A DNA stretch of 64,000 nucleotides from Paraspadella gotoi (taxonomy: Eukaryota > Animalia > Chaetognatha): NCBI GenBank assembly GCA_051294375.1, contig CM119271.1:9625308-9689307 (forward strand). The letters are read 5' to 3'. Position 1 is the first letter of the stretch; the number at the start of each line of letters is the position of its first letter. The notes under the pieces were generated by a model. That model was given only the letters and a program-made list of their open reading frames with translations, searched no databases and was not told the origin of the DNA. The position numbers were made by a program, and so were the translations under genes. Below are positions 38,521-52,080 of this stretch, one piece after another.

Positions 38521-41500
38521 TCGGGAATTCGTCGGTCAGTAGTTTAGATTAAATTAAACGGCCATGCCGAGAGTGTCGTTTGTGTTTATCTTTGAAAGGG
38601 ACTACTGGAGTTAGGACAGTTTTGTATGGTCTTTTGGAGTTAAATTAGTGCGATAGCGGTGATACATCTCGGTCATATACGCCATACGTCTTCTGGTCAC
38701 TGATGAGTCGATCATGTAGAACTAAGTCATAATATGTAGCGCTGTAGTTGTCTAGACGTCATTGGCTATCTGCCCTAATATGATTGTTCAAATATACGAC
38801 CGTACGATGCAGCCACACGCTGCGAATCGCGTATCAGACGAGCGGCTCGTTACTAGGAATAGGAACGAAGGCACGATCAATGTGACATTCGCGCATACAG
38901 CCGGATGTCGGTAGCAGTGTACACGACGCGGGGATTAATACTCTGGATGTATTGGGCATAAGCTCACTGCACGATGTATGCCTAGAGACACCATAGTGAC
39001 GTTCGTTTACCTGCTCTTGCAGCGGCGCCGACTGTGCCAGCCGGAATCTGATGTCTCTTCAGCCTCTATGATATAGAGTGAGATATATCTACTGGCGAGG
39101 AGTACTAGGCATCCGCTGCTGATCAGCATAGTGTGACGAGCTCATGACGAGAGATAGCGGTCGCTCGTTGGAGGTATGCTTGTCGGAGAGGTTCGATCAT
39201 TAGACGAAGGCTCAGAGAGTGGAAGCAGCAGTATACGTAGGCCGATCGTTGTTGGAGTACCTAGTTCCTAGATTGCATATCAGCTTGATGTACTAGATGG
39301 TGGCGTCCGGCGTTAGTAGAGGAGCGTCTGCATGCGTTCGTTGGCTCTGTACTGACGTCACTGCGTTAGACGTATACCACGGCTTTCAGAATCGTGCTAT
39401 CTATAGCCGTATCTATACGTAACATTCATGCAACGTACTGGAGCTGAGTCAAGGATCATGATGACTACCAATCTTGGCCGTAGGTCTTGCATGCTCATAT
39501 CAGTCACGGGAATGTATGCTGCGGTAGGGTTACTCGTTGCGTACTGTCTACACGAGTGCCGTTGCGCTTCAGCAAGACTCGCGTCACACGCGTGTCGCGA
39601 TTCATCGAGAGAGATATGTGCCGGTGACGTACTGTGTAGCATCGATGTATCGGACTTCACGCTGAGGATGCGATCACGGTCTTGTACTGGTAGTTATGAT
39701 CAGGGCGTTTCACTCATAGAGCCAGCAGCTGTCCGAGGACGGCTGACGAGTGAGTTCACAGCATGAGAAGTCTGCTACCTAGTCTGAAGTAGAGTAAGTC
39801 CAGGGTTAAACTTACTGCCGGCATCTACGCCAGGTAGACAGAGTCACGTGGACTATCGTCGTAGCACGCGAGGGATCACGCAGTCCTGGCTCTTGAGCTG
39901 CTGAATTAGTCGAGTGAGTTAAATATAGCAGATCGTGAGAGACACGCGTCGAGTATAGAGCTAGTGGACGGATGTGCGCGCGTGTGGCATTGATACTCGT
40001 GATATGACTTTCGTGACGTGTGTCGCGTAGTAGTGAGAATGTTTCTGATTGTCTGCTGATCGTATAGTAGGTGTCTCTCCGCGTTGCTACTAGCGGTGTC
40101 GAGATCATTGGAGTACATGAACGTCAGCATCTGAATACTAGAGCCGCCTGCTAAGATCGCTCGATGTGTGTAGCAGTTAGTTATGCACCGACGCTATCGT
40201 TCTCATTGATTAGTAGAGCAGCATGCACCGAAGACATCGTCCTCGCCTCGCGATCTGCGTCGTGTGTCGTCGGATAGGCTGCGACATCTATGGCGTCTCG
40301 TGCTACGCAGGCCAAGTCGACATTGCGATAGACTGATCATCGATAACTGCGCCGTGCACTTTATCTGCATTCGCAAGTCGTGGAGCCTATCGGTCCTAAG
40401 CTGCCTAGTCTTGTACGGACAGCATAGCTGAGTGTGTAGGAGACATATCATGTAGACTTAGTTCTGCAGCTGATATCATTCTCGATAGTACGTAGACAGA
40501 AGTCAGACGCTGCTGATCGGACAGAGCGCTCGCGATAGCATACACACGCAACTGCTTGGTGCATTACTCGTCCCGGCTGCGGGTGTGGACTCAGCAGAGT
40601 CCTGAGACGATTCGGCCACGCCGGTGAAGTGCAGACTTGCGGTGGTATGCGTGAGCATAGACGCTCGGACGTCCTATGAGCTGGATCTGGTCGCCATGTG
40701 AGTTTCAAATCCGTAGTTACAGGGCTGTCTAAGGCCTCACGCAGCGTGTATTAGACTGCTGCGCCGTCGATCCCGCGCCGCGTCCTGAATTTAGCTGAGC
40801 GACAGGTGGCAATGGTGACTACGTCCAGTACTTCTTACCTACGAGTGGAGCTTCATTCGGCCTGGTTCGTCTTCTGGTAAGTCATCGCGTATATAGGTTG
40901 AGTGACGACAAATATGCTGCCACTATGCTGCGTTATCGAAGATTGGCCATCAAAACGTGTGGAGTATTATGATGTCATCTGGCCAAAAAGTTCACGGATA
41001 CAGTTAGAAATAAACGACTTCTTCCTGAGCAGGGTAGGTGTAAAACATGTGTATTCTCTCTCGCATCCAAGGACAAAGCTAGTCAGAGCGTCCGCGTGCC
41101 GTTCCACGCGATCTAAGGTGGTTGGTGAGACCAACGACTCCTGCGATATTAGCTGCGTATCCTGCGCGGATATGTCTATTGTGCTTATCACCCAGTGCTG
41201 CATGTCTCGATTGCACTAGACCGAAGCAGTACCACAAGTGGACTGCGCTGCGCACTCCGCAAGTTCTCGTTGCAAGCATTAGAAGTCGTTATGACTGAAA
41301 TATGTATCGACGATGGGACAGCAGTACGGCGAATCGGTCGCTACTGTGCTGAGGCATAGACTAGTGCTACTGGCGCCGTAGTGTCGAGCGAGTGCAGCGC
41401 AGTCCGGAGTGTGATGACCTCTATCAAGCGGACAAAGCGGTGAGGACGATCGAACGGTAACGTAACACTGAGCGTCGTACGGTCGTGTTCGCGTGCTTCT

Positions 41501-44500
41501 GAGGCGCTCATGATATGATAGTTGGACATTCCGAACGGTCGTAGAGAACCGATTCGTGCAGAGATGGATACATCTGCAGTTCTTACGATACTGCATACCC
41601 TCGCCATGTGTTGTAGTCGTATGACCGTCGATAGGATCCGGTCCGCATACGCTATGCATTGAGTAGATAGACACGACCTGATGCTGAGCATAGAGGTCTG
41701 CAGATGTCTGCTCCGTAGTCTCATATCTGAGGAATACATGGATTGCCGACCCCAGGATCGATGAAGCGTCTTTTAGCTTATCGCATAGGATGGGTCGTGT
41801 TATCTAGATTTAGTGACCCAGCAGTACTAATACCATAGGAAGAGCGTGAGTATAGTTGTTGAGGTAGTCTAGAGTAGAGTTCTTCTTCTCTAGGTTGAGG
41901 GATGGTCGCCGAGGACGCGTAGCTCTAATTTAGGGGTGACTGGCTTCGGCCGGGCCGGAGATCGCTGAAATATGCTTCATGCTTACTGTCAGTCGCTGTA
42001 ATATAGTTACCTCAGAGTCGGTGGATGAATGGATACCAACAACATCTCGAGTGGCCTCCCGCTCTCGTCTCGTGTCCCTTGCTGACGTTAGTATTGCATC
42101 TCCCACGTCTGATCGTGAGTGATGCGCATGTCTTATAGTCCACAGTTGGAGGGCTATCCGTTCTAAGTTTACGCGGCGGTTCAACTGACGAGACCACATC
42201 GAGCGATCCGAACGCTACCGGTGGACAGCCAGGATCCGGCATGTACCTTAACTGATCTTGTAGTAGGCAGATGACGGTTCTGAGCTCACGCCGTGGGTTT
42301 ATGACTTTATTTTAGGTATTGGTGATCGTAAATCGACTGAATAGACTTTAATGCGCAGTTAAGATCATAAATAACAGCTATGCGTAATAGGTAGCAGGAT
42401 CGTCCTCTAGCCCCTGCGCGCTATAATCCCACACGACTCGCCAGAACTGCGTCACGTAGGTACAATTCGACAGTCTCTCTGCACCCGCATTAACCGTAGA
42501 ATCATTGACCCGGAAGATCAGTACTATAAGGTTCGGCTGCGACTCGCGATTCTGCTTGAGCGTCATACTCAGATTGCGTCATGTACGTGTACGGTATATG
42601 AGACGCCGCGCATCAGTACTTCGATATATAGCATTAGGAGAGCAACGCAACTATGATCTTGAGAGAGGTCCCACTAGTAGCATAGAGAGTCGTCAACAGG
42701 GCGTACCTCTAATGGATAACATGCCAGCGACGCAGCGAGTGACGGCCGACGGCTAAGCTGTAGATATCTACGTGGATGAACGTGTTCATATTGGCTGAGA
42801 AAGCTGCGCAGTCATTACAGGGGAGTGTCTTGAAGGGTTATAAGTGCGCTAACTGCGTCAGGCCCAACTGTGAAAATGGTGACAGGGTGAACCAGCCGGC
42901 CGGTCTTCTTACCCCTCACTGACTGCGCTAGCCGTCCCACAATCAAGCAGTGTACTCGCTCCGGCAGTACACGATGTGGAGACAGCGAGCTCCGATTGCC
43001 TGTACATGCAGCTTGCTGCCTTGTTAAATGCTCGCGAGACATTCTCAGATCCTAGCGCCTTCGAGGAGACGTTATTCATATGTCCTCGTGTTACGACACG
43101 ACGGTGCGTGACTGCGATAGCGACGGTCTATGCGCAGTAACGGGGTGCATTGTAATCGCAAAATGCTTACTAGACGCGCTCGAGTCCATTGGCATAGGGC
43201 CGCAAAAGCGTTATTCGACGTCCGGACGGCATGAGAGTTTCAACACCAGTCCGGGTAATATGATCACGACTGTGGTCCGCCGGGTTGTTTAAGTTGATAT
43301 TATGAGCATAGTTCGGTGTGAATCGAAGTCGGGAGGGACCAAAGTGCCTGTAATATCGAAATGGTAGCCACGAACGCGAGAACGAGGCCAACTGATTAAT
43401 ACGATCTACTAGAAAATCATCTTGTTAACGTATCACATAAGAAGTCGTAAGAGATCGATAGGCTATAGAAGAAAGCAAGACTCTTTAGCGGATTCTGTAG
43501 ATCACTAGAGACATTAGATGTGACATTATCCATTTTCGACGTGAAGGACGGTGTTTATTATAATGAGGCGGCACCTCTAGTGGGAACCAGAGGTTGATAT
43601 CAGATAGGCTGTTACATGTACACATCGTAGTGACTGCATGATTATGTATCGTTATGTCGTTACTAACAGTGTAGGAAATGACGCGCACGACAGGAGATGT
43701 GCGGATATTCGACTCTTGTGAATCGGAGGCTACCGTGCATTAGCGGATGATTATACTCCTAGTGCGAGCAGAAGGATCAGCATTAAGGGCATATCGGTAT
43801 ATATAAGACAGATTGTGTCATCCGAGCCGCGCGGTGCTAATAATATCTCGGGATTTGTAACTTGATGTCATATCATTCGTCGGTACGAGATATTGCAGCC
43901 ATATATGCCTAACATGGTGTGGGTGTCAGGATTAAGTAGCCTACATTAATGGAGAGGACTAACGCGACGTAGTGGAGACATGCGATCAATGATTAATCTA
44001 AAGTGTCGATATATTAGGTTGCGACTAGGCATAGCTACATGTGAGATGACGACATCGTCGATGTGAGTAGCATACGTATCTCCGTCACGTTCGTTTGATA
44101 TCTGACAACAGCTGCGAGCGAGATCGATTGAGAGGCATAGCGATAAGCAGGAGAGATGAAAGCGTACAGATGATCCATACTCGTAGACGTGATTAGCTAT
44201 CGGCGTACGCGTAGTATCGCGTACGACAGTCGTTCATTGCATCCATGGTCCAGATGTCATAGCACGCGCGCCAGCCGGGGGCCAAACGGTGCGTACACAT
44301 GAGGTAGCAGGCGGTGTAGCTTATATAGAAATAGACATGAGTCTGTTCAGTAAGAATTTCCATTCGAAGCACGCGGGTATCCGCTCGGAGCGTTCTAGTA
44401 CCGGACAGTCATAGTATAGCGCTCGGGTAGCAGCCGCTGCTGCGAAGAGTCTGCCGAAATGACTGCGGGCATGCGCTACTATCACTCGAGAAGATCTGTA

Positions 44501-44520
44501 TTGGCATTCTTATCATCCGG
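38520..44520. other. ~6-kb compositionally alien, random-like block (probable low-quality read sequence)
   Basis: Roughly balanced base composition, few homopolymer runs, no microsatellites, no credible ORF or splice pattern, unlike all flanking DNA. Confidence 0.7.
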
Positions 44521-45014
44521 CTTCTCGAAGGCCGTGTATTAAACCATCTCATCTCCCTCTCCCCTCCCCTCTCCTCATCCCCACTCTCTTCTCTGCTACT
44601 CCTCTCCCTCACCCACTCTCTACCATCGTCGTCCTCTGCGCGCCTCGCCTCTACTCTACTCTCCTCCGTTCTCTTCTCACCCGCGCTTCCAGGATCTCCT
44701 CCTCCGTTTACACATACACCCCCGCTAGGATCATACCGGTCCACGTAGCAGGCGGCCAGAAGGCCTCCTCCTCCTTCCTCCCCTCCATCGTCTCTCTCTC
44801 TCTGAGTCACCGCCGCATTCCTGCTCTCTGTCTCTCTCTCTTTCGCAGTTCCGTCCCTCGTCCTCACTTCTCTCCTCACTGCTCTTCGTCTCCCTCACTG
44901 TCTCTCCTCCTCTCCATCCACCCTCTCCGATCCCTGTCAAGTCATACATTCTCCTGCCCGCCCTCATCCCCTCTCCTCCTCCTCCGTTTCTCTCTCCTCT
45001 CCTCTCTCGCCTCT

Positions 45015-45180
45015 CTCTCCACAGCTTGCACCGTATTTCCGCACATGAGAGTTCTACTTTCCTGTACTCAAGACATCGACCTCGTCCAGATTTTAATACC
45101 GAGATCACTGTACTGTAAAACTCCGATATGTCTCTCTTCCCTCTCTCCTCTCTCTTCTCTCTCTCTCTCTCTCCTCTCCT

Positions 45181-45223
<43 letters not shown>

Positions 45224-46010
45224 GAGACCGCTGACTTTAATAAAATTCTTTCATACATTTCTCCCCTTGCTCCTCTTTCTCTCTTCTTTCCCCCTATCTC
45301 GCCTTCCGGATTTTACGAGAAAAATCTCGAGTCTTAAAACCGGAACGGTCTGATTGAAAATCAGCGCCGCTTCGTTAAAAGCGGAAAGAAATAGAAAAAA
45401 AAAGAGAATCGTCGAAAGAGAAATAAATTTTGCAGCTGGCGACTCGATTTCCCGTCACGACTTCCACGCTCAATTTCGATTTAGTTTCACACTCATAACG
45501 GTCGAAAGCTCATAATTCCGGACAGAGAAGTAAAAAAATAAGCTACAATCGGCCTCTCGTGAAGTACTTATACTATGGAGTACAATTGAGTCACTGCGGT
45601 GCAACCGGTCAACGTGCCGGTTCTATTTTTCACAACATTTTGCCGTCATAAAAAAAAAGCCAATAAGATAATAATAAAATGGGTCAAGGCGACCGACGGG
45701 CGTCACCAATTTATCACGTGATTCGTGAGATTTGTCGCGTCATCGGTCTTCTATCGAATTTAGTTATCGTTGAATATTCTTCCGTTTAAAAACGATCAAT
45801 CAATGATTCTCGCGCCTTCAGCTTTTTATTCGATAAATTTCAGGTTTTACAACAAAAAAAAAAAAAATTTTTTTTGTTCAAACAAGCCAGCCCAGTAATT
45901 ATCAAGCGCCTTTGTTTTTTGAAACGAAAAAAAATTGTCAGGAGCATAGCGTGACCTTTTTTTTTTGGAATACCGTCAGTAATAAATCGAGTAGCTAATT
46001 GTTTAATTTA
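45015..46010 (-). repeat. Inverted duplicate of 60194-61215
   Basis: e.g. 45075 ..GATTTTAATACCGAGATCACTGTACTGTAAAA vs 61110-61145 reverse complement; 45990 GTAGCTAATTGTTTAATTT vs 60194-60214. Confidence 0.88.
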
Positions 46011-46019
46011 AACATTCAA

Positions 46020-46052
<33 letters not shown>

Positions 46053-47601
46053 TAAGGAGGGTAAAAGAATAACGGAAAAAAGGTTGGTGGTCAAGGGTGA
46101 GGTTCAGATTCGTACACGTTTGTTTTGAAAATATACATATCTGATCTTAAAACATACAAACGCGGTCAGATAAAAAAGCTCCGGCGTTTTATTAATCCAT
46201 CCGGACACCAACGGATTCTTTCAAGACTGACTGTGCGAATGTGAGAATGACTGTGACTGGGACTGTGAGAATGTGAGATGGCCATACTTGCTTGGTCCGG
46301 CTATGTTATTTCTTGGGCCTGACCCACCTCAGCCCGTCCAAAGTCAGGGGCAAAAAAAAAATCTATATTGGAATGAATGGATAATTTTTAGGTTTCTCGT
46401 ACCAATGTTATGAAAAATAGTTAAAGCCTTGGGTGGGAAAGTTGAGAGAAAGAATTTTGAATGATGATGTACAAGTTTAGGGGTGGTCGCGACGATTGGG
46501 CTGAATGGGTGAATACTGAATAGTGTCGAGTGACTTAGTGGCCTTTCACAATTCACAGCGGGAGTTCCTGTGAAATGATGGTTTTCTACTACAATTTTGG
46601 CGGTTTTTTTTTTACTCCGGGTGAAATTTTAAGAGGAAAAAAAGAGAAAGAAAAATTAAGGATAAAGAAAGAAGAGTAAGAAAAAAGGGGCAAAATAAAA
46701 AAAGAAAGAAAAAAAGAAAGAAAGAAAGAAAGAAAGNNNNNNNNNNNNNNNNNNNNNNNNNNNNNNNNNNNNNNNNNNNNNNNNNNNNNNNNNNNNNNNN
46801 NNNNNNNNNNNNNNNNNNNNNNNNNNNNNNNNNNNNNNNNNNNNNNNNNNNNNNNNNNNNNNNNNNNNNNNNNNNNNNNNNNNNNNNNNNNNNNNNNNNN
46901 NNNNNNNNNNNNNNNNNNNNNNNNNNNNNNNNNNNNNNNNNNNNNNNNNNNNNNNNNNNNNNNNNNNNNNNNNNNNNNNNNNNNNNNNNNNNNNNNNNNN
47001 NNNNNNNNNNNNNNNNNNNNNNNNNNAGAAAAATAAAAGAAAGAAAGAAAGAAAGAAAGATCATCGAGTATCTAATTTTTCAATTAAATCCAAGAATTCG
47101 AAGGTTAAAAAACCTTCTGTTCGAGAGTCGGGGATTCCGCCGCCGACGCCCCCTACCGTCCCCTGCCGTACCCTGCCGCCCCCCTGTCGCCCCCCTGCCG
47201 ACCGCTCGACCGCCCGGGCGGAGGGTTCGATTCGCTGAGCAATAAAAGTCAGTCCCTCTCGATGTTCATCTTTGCGGCCAAGGAGGGGAATAACAACAAC
47301 GACAACGACTACGGGAAACAAATTCCTAAAAACATGAAATTTAATCAGTTTTGTTTTTTTTTTTTAAACTTTCAGACGTGGAGCGGAGAGATCACGGAAG
47401 GAAGCGCGAGCCAGTGAAAAGACGAATGACGCCTGTGAGGTGAATCGCAGATGGTTGCAGAACTCGGTGAACAGGATGGAGGATCCGTCACGTATATTCT
47501 CGACAGTGAGAATTTTTTTTGTTCAGGATCCGCATCGGGAGGAAGAAACGAATGACGACGACGACAACAACGACAACGTGAAAGACGTTCTTCACGGTTT
47601 C

Positions 47602-47640
<39 letters not shown>

Positions 47641-48290
47641 TTGTCGACGCAGTCACGTGAAAATAAACATGACAAAAAAAGTGAGGAAGATGAAAGGAGG
47701 TGTGAAGTGGGTGGAGAGATAAGTGAAGTGGGCCAGTGAAGTGGAGAATGAAGTGAGTAAGGGATGTGAATGAATGAAGTGGGTCAGCGAAGTGAGTGAA
47801 TGAAGTGGGTAAGTGAAGGAGGGTAAGTGAAATGTTAGCAGAGTGAAGACACGAAACAAAAAGGTGAGAAGATGGAAGGGGAAGAGATGCACTCTTTCAT
47901 TAAACATAGAGGAGATATGTTTAAGTTTAAAACATATTTTAGTTTGGCTTTATTAATATCACGTTATATAACTTTAGTTTACGCCAGCAAATTTCTCGGA
48001 GAAACATTTTCGAAATAGATCTAAAAATTATCTAAAAAAATATTTGGAAAAAAAATTATCAGTCGACAAAACCCACAGCAGACCTGAAGAGATGACCCTG
48101 AATGAATGTTGAAGTTAATTAACATTTTTATTTCTGAAAGAGAGTGTTTATTTGTTTTTCTAAAGTTACTATTGTACATACGTAAATCTAACACCCACAT
48201 TTTTTTTGTCGTCGTATTGTTTCGTTTTCAGGAATTCTCCAAGTTCTAATTTCCCGGTCCCGTTATCCTCGTCCAACTCGTCCTTTCCTT
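46020..48290 (+). repeat. Direct duplicate of 61440-63560 (contains 290-N gap)
   Basis: Colinear from (GGC)n-GTAAGGAG through GTCCCGTTATCCTCGTCCAA. The differences are mostly indels. Confidence 0.9.
46737..47026. other. Assembly gap (290 N); additional 25-N gaps at 6291-6315, 33543-33567, 51019-51043, 58911-58935
   Basis: N runs counted directly. Confidence 0.99.
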
Positions 48291-49597
48291 CGAAACAGAT
48301 ATTCGGAATTTTATCGAGCCAGGACAGGCTTCGCTGGTCCTGGCTCTATAATGTTTTAGGATTGCTTCTTCTTTGTCGTCGCGTCACGATGGTTTTTAGT
48401 ATAAAAACTACTACGGCTTTTATGACGTTGGCTGACTACCCGGATTTTTTTTAAAATAAAAATGTATTATGAAGATTATGATTAAGAGTTTTAACAAAAG
48501 TGTGAGCGATCATAGTAAGTAAAAAGAATTTAGATATGGCTCTCATCTTATAGCTTTGATATTTTTTTACATTGTTGGAATTTAAGTATTTTTGTTTGAA
48601 TTTCTAACTTCATTATGATTTACAATGCAAAGTATGCATAATGAAGAATAGGTACTCATATAATAGAATGATCGCAAATTAGTATAGTAGAATGCTTGTA
48701 ATCTAATTACTACATATTGGCAAGTATAGTAATAATAAATTGAAGATTGAAATTCAAAAAAAATTTTTTTAAATCTCTAAATAAAAATGGGAACTCAAAG
48801 GATATTTTTATAGAAGCTATATCTTAATTTTAATGACAAATACAAAATAAAATCTTTTACAAGCTGGCGATTGGAAAAAAAGTTGGAAAAACCTTCCATG
48901 TGTAAAACAATTGTATACATATTTTTTGACATTTCTTATTTATTTCTTTAAAATTATGTATTAATATTGGATTTTTGTCTTTTTCTGCAACGAGTATGAG
49001 GCTGTCTGCAGTGGACTGTACAGCGGCCTTCCAGCAGCATGTCCAGCTTTGTCTCCTGTCTGTGCTCTCTGCTGTGTCTCTTTCTGTGACTCTCTCTGTC
49101 TGTAGCAATTTTTTGTGTTGTCGTTCGTTTTTTGGACAAAGATTCTGATTATTTTATTTTTCACTTCTAAAAACTTTTAATTACACCGAATTTATCCCGC
49201 GCTTTTTTTCTCAATAAACAGAAATGTTCCAAATTTTTACATCTCGAGATTTTCATGGATTTTTTTGAGAGAATGTTAAGAAATATCTTACTTGGACCTG
49301 CATTTTTCAACGAAAACTAACGGTCGAGAAGAACATGACCTAATAACGCGTTTTGATGAGCAACGGAAACGATTACGTGTCAAAGAAAAAATGCAACTTG
49401 ACGCGAGTCACGTACGCCGTTGCGTAGGCAACGGATAACCGATATAAGCGAGAGTGCACGCTAATATTGCAGTATCGTTGGGCGGGGGGGAAAAAAAAAA
49501 AAAAAAAAACTTTCTGTATCTCTCTCTCACTCTGCTCTCTCTGTCTCTTTCTCCGGGCCATCTTTCTCTCTCTCTCTCTCTCTCTCCATCTTTCTCA

Positions 49598-49640
<43 letters not shown>

Positions 49641-49825
49641 ATCAATCTTTTTTTTTTTACAAAAAAACATTTTTGTAGCACATTTTTTTCACACAACGGA
49701 CGAGCAAACGATTAAACCGAGTTCCGGCTCTCTCTCTCTGCACTCCTGCTCTCTCTCTCGTCGTCTCGTCTCTCTCGTTTCTCTCTCTCTATCTTTCTCG
49801 TCTCTCTATCTTTCTGCTCTCTCTC

Positions 49826-49875
<50 letters not shown>

Positions 49876-51043
49876 GCACTCATCTCTCTTCTCTCTCTCG
49901 CTCTTTTTTTAAATTTTTATAGTCTCTTTTTTTTTCACAGACACGCGTCACCTCGGCGTCGAGTAAACGAGTTCCGGGCACTGCGGGCGTCAGTTTCAGC
50001 TTCTTTCTCCTCTGCTCTCGTCATGCCTCTGCTCTCTTCTTTCTGTCTGTCTCTCTCTGTACGATCTCTGCGTGATCGTTCGTTTTTTTTGAAAAAATTC
50101 GGATTATATTTTCCTTTTAAAAAAACCTCTTATTAATCGCCGAGATTTTTTCGTGGTTTACCATTGTGTAGATAAAGTGAAAAAAATAACTTATGACATG
50201 CAATGTCACATGTCGGCACTTCAAGCTAATGGTGACAGGTAGGCGATACCTGTATGTATGTATGGTATCATTTTCTACAAAAATAATTTTTTTGTGTTTT
50301 TATTTATTACGGTAACGTTGGCCAGGTCGGCCCACTTTTAGCAAATTATATCTAAAATAGGAAATCGAGAAGAAGAGGATATAGTCCAAATTAAACATTA
50401 ATTTTTGTTGTTATTCTGAATTAATTTGTACTATTATTAACTGTATACAATATTTTTAGTGTAATATTAAATCCATGTTTATCTTTTTTAAAAATAATCA
50501 ATTATTGAGTTTTGTTAACTATTCTATAAATTAATTAAACTATGCAAGATATAAGAATTGAACACCGGCTGGTTTCTTCCTAAAAAAAGAACAATCAAAA
50601 ATTTCATTCACAAGATATAAAATTTATTAAAATGAGGAAATGAATTTTTTTTTGATAAGTAAAAAAAATATTTCGGAAAATCAAAAATATCAATAGTCGT
50701 CTAACATGATATTGTCAACTATAATTATTGTTAATATAGGGATTTATAGAATTTTTATTTCTATCACACGTTCAAATATTTGTTTGCCGGTCCTAATATC
50801 TGTCTCCTATCTCTCTGTCTCTCTCTCTGTCTCTCTGTGTGTGTCTCTCTCTATTGTCCTCTCTCTGTCTCTCTCTGTGTGTCTGTCTCCTCTGTAATGA
50901 TCTTTTGCGTGATCGTTCGTTTTTAAAAAATTCTGAATTATTTTTTTTTTCTTCAAAACTTTATTATCGCCATTTATTAATTTTATATGCTCAATACAAA
51001 TACAAATAGCAATAACTTNNNNNNNNNNNNNNNNNNNNNNNNN

Positions 51044-52080
51044 CGAAGAGAGGACGAGCCACTGTGAAGTCGAGATCGAGAGACATCCGCCAATTGGTGA
51101 AGGAAGAGGAGGAGGAGGATGAGGAGGAGGAGGAGGAAGAACGAGGCTCTCGACTGCCAAACGAATTCGACGAGGAATCAGCTGATGAACGAAAGCAGCG
51201 TCGACGGTGACGAGCAGTTCGTCGTCGTCGTCGTCTTCGTCGTCGTCTTCGTCGTCGTCTTCGTCGTCGTCCTTGACGTCGTCGAAGTCATCCTTATTTG
51301 TCGTCGTCCTCGACGTCGTCGAGGTCATCCTTATTTGTCGTCGATCTCATTGTATTCCTCGACGTCGTCTTCTTTGTCGTCGTCGTCGTGGTTTTTGATC
51401 GTCTTCGTCGTTATTATCGTTGTCGTCGAAACCACTATCTCCTTTGTCATTGAAGAAGCGTTTGTCATCTTCTGCGTTGTCTTTTCGGTCGTCGTCGTCG
51501 TCATTGTCATTTTCATCATATTTCATCGGATCAGGCACGTCGTCATCAGTCATCGTCGTTATACCTGCGGCAATCGTAACGTTTTCATGTCCGTCATCCT
51601 TTCGTCGTGCGTTGACTTAACTTGACTTGGGACTTAACTTGTACTTTTGGAACTTGGACTTGAAGAGTCTTTGGACTTTGGAATGCTTGACTATACTGTC
51701 GTCGGGGCATTGTTGGGCAGTTTTTCTTGTGCAATCGTCTCTTGCGTCGTCGTTGTTCCTTCGTCGACTTCTTCGGCGTCATTTTCTTCATGCACCAATC
51801 TATCATGCATCAATCATCATCATCAATCATGCATCATCATCATCATCATCATCCATCATCAACACCTCTGTCACCGCTTTTGACCCTCCCTAATGACTTA
51901 GTCACGCTCATTCTATCGATCATATGGCGCAACTCACATACGATTTCGCGTCCTGTATTTAACTGCGTCTATATAAATATCGCGGTTCCTTGTGCTTTAG
52001 CCTTCTTCTTTATTAGCTCTAGACTCTCTCCTCTCTCTCTTCTCCCTCCTCTTTCTCTCTCTCTCTTCTCTCTCTTCTCT
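51044..52080 (+). repeat. Duplicate of 63705-64000 and onward (acidic exon of the minus-strand gene)
   Basis: GAGCCACTGTGAAGTCGAGATCGAGAGA..CCAATTGGTGAAGGAAGAGGAGGAGG is shared with 63716-63790. (GTC)n-rich, encoding poly-Asp on the - strand. Confidence 0.85.

Noticed and set aside
48225-48290. Possible EF-hand (LDEDNGTGKLELGEFL) on the minus strand
   Set aside because: The other copy (63495-63550) has indels giving a different frame, and the loop spacing is off by one. Not reliable.
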